Source of the DNA: Leucoraja ocellata
Taxonomy: Eukaryota
DNA length: 64,000 nucleotides
Assembly: GCA_036785375.1 (NCBI GenBank)
Contig: JAWMAR010000384.1
Location: 868,001-932,000, forward strand
Direction of reading: 5' to 3'
In this document: positions 38,729-50,372 of the stretch, piece by piece
How the letters are laid out: every line of letters starts with the position of its first letter
Numbering within the stretch: position 1 is the first letter of the stretch
Position numbers and translations under genes: made by a program
The notes under the pieces: generated by a model
What the model saw: only the letters and a program-made list of their open reading frames with translations
Told to the model about the DNA's origin: nothing
Database searches by the model: none

Positions 38729-41700
38729 TATAATATTAAAACTCTGTGGCTGGCTGCTGGCTGGCTGTATTTCTGCCTGACTTGTGGTTGCCAGCCTTTG
38801 ATTCGTTGCTACGCCAACACCAGACCCACAAACGCCTAGAATGTTTCCATTTCGGTACAGTTTTCACTTTTCATTCCAAGTATCCACTCCTGATTAAATT
38901 TCGTCGTGTTTATGTACATAGATTTAATAAAACCCTTCTCCCCTCCACTAACAGCGACCATAACGGCTGCTGTCGCCCGCATCTCGGCTCAAAGGCGCCA
39001 TTTAAAAACATCCGCACTGCTGAGTCCTGAACGGCTTGAGTTGGAGGACAACGTCTCCCGTGGGGGTCCATTGATTTATTTTTGGGGATTAATGTGTTGT
39101 TGGCCAGACACTGCATCGATTTCCCATCCCTATCTATTGCTCTAATACCCTTAGTGAAGATAAGTCGCTTTACGTAGGAGTAAAGTTTTCTGTCCAGGGC
39201 CGAAGTATTATATAATATAGTTGATTAAAGTAGGCGAGGGGACGTTTGAAGGGGGCACACTTTGCATGTCTTTTTTAAACAGAAAGTGTGCAACGCTTTG
39301 CTAGAAGAAGCAGTGTAAGTAGATACCCAGCAAGGTTCAAGAGACATTTAGGCAAACACGTGAACAGGTAGGGAATGGAGGGATATAGACATTATATATG
39401 GCAGGCAGATGACATTGGCATTAGGTTCGCACAGACATTGTGGGCCATGGTGGATAGATCTGAAGTTATGACACTGATATCGTGTTTAACAGCATTCACG
39501 CGGATGATGAGCGAGAGAGGCCGACAGCATTTATACATGGCATGAGTGTAAGTGCATGATTTTCTCGCCGGTCCTGGCGCTCACACATAGACATCTTCGA
39601 AAGGCAACGGTAAAATATTGTAATGACATTACGAGACAGGAGAAAATGCGGCCTTTTGGGTCAGTCTCAGCTTCTGTCAGATTAGCCCCCCCCCCCCCCC
39701 CCCAGTTCCCAGTGGAGGCCAAATCACTGATGGATTTAAGAGGGAGTTAGAGCACTAGAGGCTAGTGGAATCAAGGGATTTGGGCAGAAGGCAGGCACGG
39801 GTTATTGTTTGGGGACGATCGGGCATGATCTCATTGAATGGCGGTGCTGGCTCGAAGGGCCGAAAGGCCTCCTTCTGCACCTATTTTCTATGTTTCTATG
39901 TTTCTATGTCTCTATGAAAATATTCAGAACAAATGAGACCCGATATCGATGACCAGGGAAAGGTGGAGCTCACAATGAATAACCAGGACACTACGGGAAC
40001 GGAAGGAAAAGGCAAGGCCGGGAAGACTCAAACCTTTGTTTTTGGCTCCTTCATAAAATTACAAGCCGCAGAAGAAATTGGGAAGAAAATGGTATGATAA
40101 TGGCAGCTCGAGAGTTATCGGAATTGGTTCCTTTGAACAGGGAAGGTATAATGGTGATTTGAATGAGGGGCATAGTCAAGGCGTTTGAATTGACCATTTT
40201 TTTCCGAGTGAAAGTAGGCTCAGTATTTACAGATTTAGAGGAATTTCCAAAATAACTAACGATCAGGTGAGCAATTGCAGATATGTGACCATTTATTCGA
40301 ATCAGCAAAAAATGCATACAATCCGGATCATTTAGAAAAGATAAGACACATAATGAGATCATGTCTGAAACTTACAAAATTCTTAGGGGGTTAGACAGGC
40401 TAGATGCAGGAAGATTGTTCCCGACGTTGGGGAGGTCCAGGATAGGGGGTCACAGTTTAAGGAAAGAGGGAACTCTTTTGGGACCGAGATGAGGAAAACA
40501 TTCTCTGCCACAGAAGGTAGTTGAGGCCAGTTCATTGGCTATATTTAAGAGGGGGTTAGATGTGGCCCTTGTGGCTAAAGGGATCAGGGGGTATGGAGAG
40601 AAGGCAGGTGCAGGATACTGGGTTGGATGATCAGCCATGATCATATTGAATGGTGGTGCAGCCTCGAAGGGCCGAATGGCCTACTTCTGCACCTATTTTC
40701 TATGTTTCTATGTTTCTATGTTTCTATAAAGCTGGAGTAAATTAGCGGGTCAGCCAGCATCTCTGGAGAAAATGAATAGGTGACATTTCGGATCGAGACC
40801 TTTCTTCAAACAGTCTGAAGAAGGGTCTCGCCCCAAAACGTCACCGATTCCCTTTCTCCAGAGATGCTTTCTGACCAACTGATTTACTCCAGATGTTTGT
40901 GTCTATCTTTGCTTTAAACCAGCATCTGCAGCTCCTTCCCATTCATTAAGACTTAAGTCCAGGTTGCTCATGTTACGTGAAAATAATTGGGAATAAAGCT
41001 TGGAATAAGGGAAAAGCGATTTGTGACAGAGGTCAGGGGTTTGTCCGTGACTGATTGTCCTCTAACTATAGCATATAGTTCCCTCATTGTTCACTATTAA
41101 CCCCGCCCCCGTCCTATTCTCACCCACCCCCCCCCCCCCTCTCTCTCCCCCCCCCTCTCTCTCTCTCTCTCCCACCCCTCGCTCTCTTTCTGCATGTGTC
41201 TATATGAAGCTGCCGTGCACTGGTCGCATCTTTCTGTAGATATTATCTTGCTTTATTGAGAGTGTTGTTACCCAGTTCCAGTGTATTACCACCGTGAGAC
41301 ACGTACACGCCACATACAAACTCAGTGGCAGTTCTGCTAACGCCAATAATCATCCCGTTTCTTTAAAGCTGACAATCAGAAGAAATAAAGAAGAAATAAG
41401 GTGTAATGTTTGTAAATATTTAAATACAAACCCCGTCACCGATTAGTGTGAAAGTCACGGCCTTCTGTGATGAAGGATGGAGGTGCCATGCTTAGTGCGA
41501 GGGGTGTAAAGGGGAGGTGCGAACAACCCATCAGTTTACATAAACCTGCTGATGTGTTGGGAATTAATGGCGTTTCCAAATTTCCAGATTTCCACGTATG
41601 CACACGTATTTTATTTAATTATGTAGCGGTACACCTTGTGAACAAAGACATATTTAACAAACCCTGAACGCACGAGGCTGGTAGGGACGTTTTTGATTTT

Positions 41701-42350
41701 TTTTTTTAAACAGCCTGAAACGTCTAATCTATTTCTCACTTCCCACATACCGCCGGACTTACTCAGTATGAACAGTATCTTCTGTTTATTTCTGTGATAA
41801 TTTCGGGTTTAAGACCACCTTTGCCCTGCTTGGTTTATACGGTTCTTTCGCTGAATCATGTTGCACAAGAACTGACAAAGCGCTGTAGAACACGTGGTAT
41901 AAATGGACGAGTGGCCCACTACTGCTGTACGATTGTAATTAGTGATTGAAATAGAGAAAGAAAATCAGTGTTGCTAGCTCAAATCTACGAGACAACGCAA
42001 CCCGTGTTAAGCCATCATGGTTCGGGTCATAAATAAAACTGAGGGAATCAACAATGCATTTGAAATGCGTTTTTTAAACTTTATTCAACGGCTACAAAGA
42101 TACCATGGGTACAATAACAACATCCATGCTGTTGGATAACGCAATTAAATCTACTTGATGCTTCATTCAAGAACGACATTCTTTCGAAAGAACTACATTT
42201 AAAGTGAACAAGTCATAAAAATCGAAGTTTCAACTACAAATGGCATTTCTGAACGAAATCACTGAAGTCCAATACATTACTAACTTTGTCACATGGACGA
42301 ACCCAATGATGATAAACTAACTTAGTCAGGTCAGCCTCACGTTTCCAACA

Positions 42351-42673
42351 TCAGATACAGCTGGATCTCTCGATATTTGTCTTAAGTGGGTTTGCCTGAG
42401 CCTGGTGTGTAACCACACAGGAGTAAAGGTCGTGTAAGTTCCAGTCTGAGGCTGTCAGAGTCAGGTAACTGCTGAGACTGAACGTGTTGTCCTTATCCTG
42501 CTGGATCGGGCTGGTCTCAACGTCGCTATTTCTTGCACTGCCGTCGACTGTCCACTCAACGGCGACCGAGCCCGGATTAAAGCCGTTCACCAAACAAACC
42601 AGCGTGGCTGTGCCCTTTGAAATAACTTCATCGGCTGAAGGCGGCAGGACCGTCACGATCGGTGCCCGAGGAT
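42351..42673 (-). CDS. IGLC: Ig light chain cluster 4, constant exon
   Basis: 323 nt, intact, ends RSSCI*. Confidence 0.95.
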
Positions 42674-43659
42674 CTGTTTAATAAGAAGTCACATTTAATT
42701 GGAGAAATGCTGTCGTTGAGATATCATTATTTACCGAAAATACATCTCATTAAAGCACTCATTTATTCATTTATAGAAATGTCGTTTTATTCTTGACCTA
42801 TTTCAAACCATTATAATGTGTTTATTTTAATTGGGTGAACAATAAATAAAGTGCGTGAAAGCAACTAAAATAGATCCTGTCTACCCTCTGTATAAACACC
42901 GGGAAACCATCTGTGATAGATCATGGCTGCAGTATTTTATAAAACTGAATACATTATTATAACTTTTATAATGTTCATTTTACTACACATTTCCGGATTT
43001 ACATTTATTTAAATATATCAGCAGATATAAACGATTCGCGGTCGCGACATTTATAATAACAGATTTAAACTTATTTAATTGTCGGCACCATTGAGATGGA
43101 GGGTGACGCTATTTATGTTCGGCAAAAATATATGGAAACTAGTCTTCGAAGGCCACGGTCGCCGATTCGCAGATATAGTTCGCAAGCAAGAATTACATTG
43201 TAGTTCGAATGTTCATTTAAATTTGAAATACACGGCTGCGTCCACGAAAAGCTGCTCTACGTATTAAACACAATTTCTGAAGGAAATGTGCGAAACTTTC
43301 TCCTTTCGCATTTGGCATTTTGATATCCTTGTTCAACCCGTCAACCGGATTTTTGACAGTGTTGAATATTGACGTTGGTGAACCCCGTTACCCAAGCAAT
43401 TTCCTTTCATATGTGGACAATCACTGCAAATATTTCCACAATTTATTGAACGAAGCTCAAGACAAAGCATTAGCTCGCTTTCCCAGTCATTTCACTGAGT
43501 TATGGCCAAGTGAACTCGGAACATCTGTACAGCAAGATCGCACCATCTGCACTGAAATACAACTGCCCCAATCACGTATCATGTGAACTCAGGACATTAA
43601 ATCAAGCAATATCTGCATTAAAAGAAAAAGAAAACTGCCGATGAATATATTTTACTTAC

Positions 43660-44004
43660 CGCCAATACCCAGCCTCGTTCCTTTACCAAAATGTAAACCA
43701 CTATCCCATTTGGCACAGTAATAGTCAACAGCATCCACCGATTGAACACTAGATATTGCGAATGTTACAGAGCTGCCTGACACCGAGATGGAAAAACGGT
43801 CTGGAATGTCCGTGCCTTTATAAATGGTGCCGCCGGTAGTATGGACGAATAAAAACTTGGGAGTTTTGCCAGGAATTTGTTGGTACCACGAGACATAGTT
43901 AGCGCCCGAACTTGTGCCCGATATGGTGCAGGGTATTTGAATGTTCTGTCCCGTAGAGGTGGACATCGAAGGCGGCTGAGTTACTGTAACAGCCGCGCTT
44001 ATGT
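43660..44004 (-). CDS. IGLV: Ig light chain cluster 4, germline-joined VJ exon
   Basis: 345-nt open exon; CDR3 AKWDSGLH. Confidence 0.95.
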
Positions 44005-44124
44005 CTGAGAAAGGAGAAATATCAGAAAAAAAGAAAATTGTTAAGTTTGTTGGAGTGTGGGAGATAACCCCAAATTAATGGTGAACAGAAATAAGTATAA
44101 TGTCCAGGGAAGTAAAATACTCAC

Positions 44125-44173
44125 AAACTGCGCAAAACACCAACGCACCGACCACACGGATCCAATAAGACAT
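44125..44173 (-). CDS. Ig light chain cluster 4, leader exon
   Basis: 49-nt leader, ATG and donor intact. Confidence 0.92.
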
Positions 44174-45329
44174 GTTCATTAACCGACTGAGCTCCGATGG
44201 GGCGGCAGTTTCCAGGACAAGTGGCGTGTAATCTTGCTCTCTGGCTCTCTTTATAAATGGAATGACGATATGTCACCGTGTGTTTAATTATCCAAACCAA
44301 TCAAACCGGTATGCTCGTCGAAGCCAATCAGAAATTGCCAGATTCTTCCTCAAAATATTCGCCCCTGTGAAACACGCAGGTCTTATTTTAGAGACTTGTG
44401 TTTCTAAAAAGCTTCATACATCCAGCAGAATGAAAAGGGTTGTCACAGTTGTCCCTTCTTTATAAATAAATAATCTATAATGTTCTGTATGAACCCCCCG
44501 CATATATACACTAAACAGATTGCGAGTTTTAAATATTATGTTCGGTAACTGTTTAATCAACAATGAAAACGGAATGGAAATATTTTATCTAAAAGGACCA
44601 ACTGAATCCGTATCGCTGATTTCCTTCGCTCCCTCACCCGCTGAGTTTCTCCAGCATTTTTGTCTACCTCCGTATCGCTGAACATAACATGATAACAGTC
44701 ACAGCATCAGCATTATTTTATTTAAAAAGCACATTAAATCTATATTTAGATATCTTTGTCATTTTAGAAATAATTAACCCCACAGACTGCCCTTCTACTT
44801 GTGTATCAGATCATTTAGAAAGGACCTGGGGAGACAGAACATCACTACAGATGTCAGTAAAGTTGCAGTTTTGGAGGCAACTTAGACTACCCGATGTGTG
44901 TCGCGCTTGGAAAAGCGGTCTGTGATACTCTCGTATTGTAATGCGCAGTAATTCACGAAACTTGCCTCGACTCAAAGTTGAACGGTTGCCTGTAGCAAAT
45001 TAATGCATGTATGAGTGAAGTAAAAGGGGTCATATTGACTCTCACCGACCACTTCCAGAGTTATTTCGACTTTGTAGTACGACTGGACGACAGGAATTCT
45101 ACACACAGCACATCCATATTCAATTAAAGTTGAATAGAACACGAGCACTCCAGCTATCTGGCAAAACTGACAAGGGACAAACGCGAAGAGCGGTTTTCGG
45201 GAAATAGCGGGTGAGAAAAAGAATTACCACGAATAATTGTCCTTAAAGTGTCATTAAACTAGATTAGTTTAGCAGTGAACATGACTGGTCAGCGATCCAT
45301 TAACTTAACCGTTCATCCTTTCACCACTA

Positions 45330-45530
45330 CGTTTTCCCCATGACCTGCCTGGGATTTCCCTGGTAGCTCCGGTTTCCTCCCACACTACAAAGAGAGATTG
45401 GTAGGTTCATTGGCTTGGGCAAATTATATATTGTCCCTAAAGTGTGTAGGATCATGTTAATGTGCGGGGACTGGTGATCAGTGGGTAGAAGGGCCTGTTT
45501 AGGCGCTGTATCTCCAAATTAAACTAAAGT
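45330..45530 (+). mobile_element. V-SINE (HE1-like) fragment, unit 4 only
   Basis: GCTCCGGTTTCCTCCCACA V-domain core and GGGCCTGTTT...CTGTATCTC...AAACTAAA tail. Confidence 0.6.
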
Positions 45531-47229
45531 GACTACAATATGTACCATCTACAGAATGAGCTGTAATTGCGCGCATAAGCCACTCTGAACGTTGGCATGT
45601 CACTACGACTAGCAAGTTTACCTAATGTTTATTTACACTGGTCCCTGCTCTCACCGTTCTCATCCTTCTCTCACTGCTGCACGTCTTAAACTTTGCAACG
45701 TGAACACGCGAAAGATTGCACTGGCTCATGGCTGCTCATTATTACCTCCCCAAACGCCGATCCGCAGAAGCTGCATGATGCCCCATAGAGACAAAGGGGG
45801 TCATAGAATCATAGAGAGTGGAAACAGGCCCTTCGGCCCACCTTTCCCACATCGGCCAACATGTCCCATCTACACTAGTCCCACCTGCCCGTATTGGGTC
45901 CATATCCCTCCAAATCTGTCATATCCATGTACATGTCTAACTGTTTTGTTAAACGTTTGGATAGTCCCTGGCACAACTACCTCCTCTGGCTGCTTGTTCC
46001 ATACACCCACCACCCTCTCTGAGAAAAAGTTACCCCTCAGATTCCTATAGAATCTTTGCCCTGTCACCATAAACCTGGTCCTCGATTCACCTACTCTGGA
46101 CAAGGGACTGTGCATCTACCCGATCTATTCCTCTCACGACCCTATACACCTCTATAAGATTTCCTCTCATCTTCGTGCGCTCCAAGGAATAGAGTCCCAG
46201 CTTATTCAACCCCTCCCAATACCTCAAACCCTCTAGTCACGGCAACATCCTCGAAAATCTTCTCTGTTCCCTTTCCAGCTTGTCGAAATCTTCCCTATAG
46301 GATGGTGCCCAAACTGAACACAATAATCTAAATGTGATGTCACCAACGTCTTATACATCTGCAACAAGACCTCCCAATCTCTATATTCATTACACGGGCT
46401 GATGAAGGCCAATGTGCCAAAAGCCTTTTTGACCACCCGATCTACCTCGACTGCATAGGTCCTACCCATGTTAAGCTTCCCAAAATAAAACACTTCACAT
46501 TCTGTGCATTATATTCCATCAACCATTCCTCAGCCTACCTGGCCAATTGATCCAGATCCTGCTGCACTTTTTCAAAACCATCTCCACTATCTGCAAAACC
46601 TCCCACGTTTGTATCTGTACTTTCAAAAATCCTTTGACAAGGTCCCACACAAGAGATGAGTGTGAACAATTAGAGCACATGGTATTGGGAGTAGGGTATT
46701 GACATGGATAAGGAACTGGTTGGCTGGCAGGAAGCAAAGAGAAGGAATTAATGGGTCCTTTTCAGAATGGCAGTCAGTGACCAGTGGGGTGTCGCAAGGC
46801 TCAGTGCTGGATCCCCAGTTATTTATAATGTATATTAACGATCTTGATTAGGGAATTATAAGTAACATTTCCAAGTTTGCGGGTGACACAAAGCTGGGTG
46901 ACAGTGTGAGGTGCGAGGAAGGTGGTATGGGGTTGTAGGGTGACTTGGATATAGGTTGGGTGAGCGGACTATGTCCCTCATTCAAATCGCCATTATACCT
47001 TCCCTGTTCAAAGGAACCAATTCCGATTACTCTCGAGCAGCCATGATCATGCCCAATTTCTTCTCAATTTCTTCTGCGGCATGTAATTTTTCTGACGGAG
47101 CCAACAGCAAACATTTGAGTCTTCCCGGCCATGCCTTTTTCTCCCGTTCCCCCAGTGTCCTGGTTGTTCATTGTGAGCTCCACCTTTCCCTGATCGTCGA
47201 TGTCGGGTCTCATTTGTTCTGAATCTTTT

Positions 47230-49497
47230 CATAGAAACATAGAAACATAGAAACTAGGTGCAGAAGGAGGCCATTCGGCCCTTCGAGCCAGCACCGCCAT
47301 TCATTGCGATCATGACTGATCGTCCCCAATCAATAACCAGTGCCTGCCTTCTCCCCATATCCCTTGATTCCACTAGCCTCTAGAGCTCTATCTAACTCTC
47401 TCTTAAAGCCATCCAGTGATTTGGCCTCCACTGCCCTCTGTGGCAGGGAATTCCACAAATTCACAACTCTCTGGGTGAAAACGTTTTTTTCTCACCTCAG
47501 TCTTAAATGTCCTCCAAGACTGCGGCACCTGGTTCTGGACTCGCCCAGCATTGGGAACATTTTTCCTGCATCTAGCTTGTGCAGTCCTTTTTATAATTTT
47601 ATATGTTTCCATAAGATATCCCCTCATCCTTCTAAACTCCAGCGAATACATGTCTAGTATTTTCAATCTTTCCTCATAGGACAGTCCCGCCATCCCAGGG
47701 ATCAATCTCGTGAACCTCCGCTGCATTGCTTCAATCACAAGGATGTCCTTCCTCAGGTTAGGAGACCACAACTGTACGCAATGCTCCAGATGTGGTCTTA
47801 CGAGAGCCCTATACCACTGCAGAAGAACCTCTTTACTCCTATACTGAAATCCTCTTGTTATGAAGGCCAACATTAGCTTTCTTCACTGCCTGCTGTACCT
47901 GCACGCCAACTTTCAGTGTACAAAGACGCCCAGGTCTCGCTGCACCTCCCCCTTACCTAACCTAACCCCATTGAGATAATAATCTCCTCCCTTGTTGTTG
48001 CCGCCAAAGTGGATAACCTCACATTTATCTATATTATACTGCATCTGCCACGCATCTGCCCACTCACTCAACATGTCCAGGTCACCCTGCAACCACCTAA
48101 CATCCTCTTCACAGTTCACACTGCCACCCAGCTTTGTGTCATCCACAAACTTGCTAGTGTTGCTCCTAATTCTCGCTTCCAAATCATTAATATATATGGT
48201 AAACAGTTGCGGCCTAAACACCGAGCCTTGCGGCACTCCACTCGCCACTGCCTGCCATTCTGAAAAGGACCCGTTCACTCCTACTCTTTGTTTCCTGTCT
48301 ACCAACCAATTTTCTATCCATGTCAACACCCTGTCACCAATACCATGTGCTCTAATTTTAGTCACCAGTCTCCCGTGCGGGACCTTATCAAAGGCTTTCT
48401 GAAAGTCTAGATACACTAAATCCACTGGCTCCCCTACATCCATTTTACTTGTCATATCCTCAAAAAATTCCAGAAGATTAGTCAAGCATGATTTCCCTTT
48501 CATACATCCATGTTTAGTTGGACTAATCCTTTTACTGCTATCCAAATGCTCCATTATTACATCTTTAATAATTGACTCCAGCATCTTTCCCACCACCGAA
48601 GTCAGGCTAACTGGTCTGTAATTCCCCGTGTTCACTCTCACTCCTTTCTTGAAAAGTGGGATAACATTAGCTATCCTCCAATCCACAGGAACTGATCCTC
48701 AATCTATTGAACATTGGAAAATGATCATCAGTGCGTCCACTATTTCTTGAGCCACCTCCCTGAGGAACCTGGGATGCAGACCTGCTTGGATTCCTTTCCA
48801 GTCTACCTTGGCCAGCTCCTCTCTCATGCCTTCATGGTCCCCTTTGTTCAACTGCATCACTGACACTTCCAATTTAACCTTCTCCTTCTCAAATTGCAGA
48901 TTGCAGATTAAAACCAATCATATTATGATTACGACCTCCAAGTGGTTCCATTACCTCGAGTTCTCTTATCAAATCTGGTTCATTAGACAACACTAAATCC
49001 AGAATTGCCGTTTCTATGGTCGTCTCCATTACAAGAGCTCTTAGAATCCATCTCGGAGGCACTCGGAGAGAGTTTGCAGAAACTCTCTTTCTTGGGATCC
49101 TGAACCAACCTGATTTCCCCAGTCTACCTGCATATTGAAATCCCCCATCACCACAGTGGCATTACCTTTGTTACATGCCAGTTTTAACTCCTGCTGCAAC
49201 TTACACCTTACATCCGGGCTACTATATGGGGGTCCGTAGATAACATCAATTAGTGTCTTCTTGCCTTTACAATTCCTCAACTCAATCCACAGTGCCTATG
49301 TCTTCCTTCGCAAGGGACTGAATCCCATCCCTCACCAGCAGAGTTACCCCACCCCTCCTCTGCCCACGTGCCTGTCCTTTCTTTTCCATAGGATGTATAA
49401 CCCTGAATATTGTTCCCAGACCCGATCCTCCTGCAGCCACATCTCAGTAATCCCCACAATGTCATATCTACCAACCTCTAACTGAGCCTCAAGCTCA
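47230..49497 (-). mobile_element. CR1-clade LINE, paralogous copy of 35573-37846
   Basis: Near-identical RT ORF 47913-48686 and endonuclease fragments. Confidence 0.9.
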
Positions 49498-50372
49498 TCT
49501 ATATCTATATTCTATATCTATATCTATCTATCTATATTTAAAACTCTGTGGCAGGCTGGCTGTGTGTGTTTCTGCCTGACTTGTGGTTGCCAGCCTTTGA
49601 TTCGTTGCTACGCCAACACCAGACGCAGAAACGCCCAGATGTTTTCCATTTCGGTAGAGATTTCACTAATCATTCCAAGTATCCACTGCATAAATTTCGT
49701 CGTGTTTATGTACACATTATTAATAAAATCCTTCTACCCCCGCCCCCCCCCCCCAATTAAAAAAAAAACAGCTCTCACCCATCGAATGTTGTTGAACGTT
49801 CACAATGCCCAATGCTCACAGATGTCCAATTGAATGGATCATTTACATATGCCTTTGCAGCAGCCCCAGCCCCAGCCCCTCCCCCCACCCCCCACCCCCC
49901 CAGCCTGTGTCGAAGCGCGTCATCACGTGTGTGGGAATAGACAAAGAGGATTGGGGGTGATAGGGAATGGGGAAGGGATGGACTGTCCCTACCCCTCCCC
50001 CTTCCACTCTCCCTCCCCACTATTTCCCCTCTCACCCCCACCCCTCTCCCCCTCCCTCCATACTCTTCCCCCTCCCTCCCCTACCCCATCTCCCTCCCCA
50101 CAACTCTCTCCCCCTCCCCTCTCTCCTCCCCTCACCACCCCTCTCTCCTCCTCCCTCTTCATCCCCCTCTCCTCACCCCACCCCCTCTCCCTGCCCTGCA
50201 CCCACCCCCCATCCCTCTCTCCCCCCCACCCCCCTCAATCTCTCCCCCCGCCCCCTACCCCTGTCCCTCTTCCACCACGCCCCTACCTCCTCTCCCCCCC
50301 TGCAGCGCCCCCCCCCCCCCCCCGCAAACGCGCGTTGGGGAAACAGACCCAACGGGTCTGCACTTGGTCTAG
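49498..50372 (+). mobile_element. Non-autonomous Helitron, full length
   Basis: A|TC start, hairpin 50344-50360, CTAG|T end. Confidence 0.8.
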
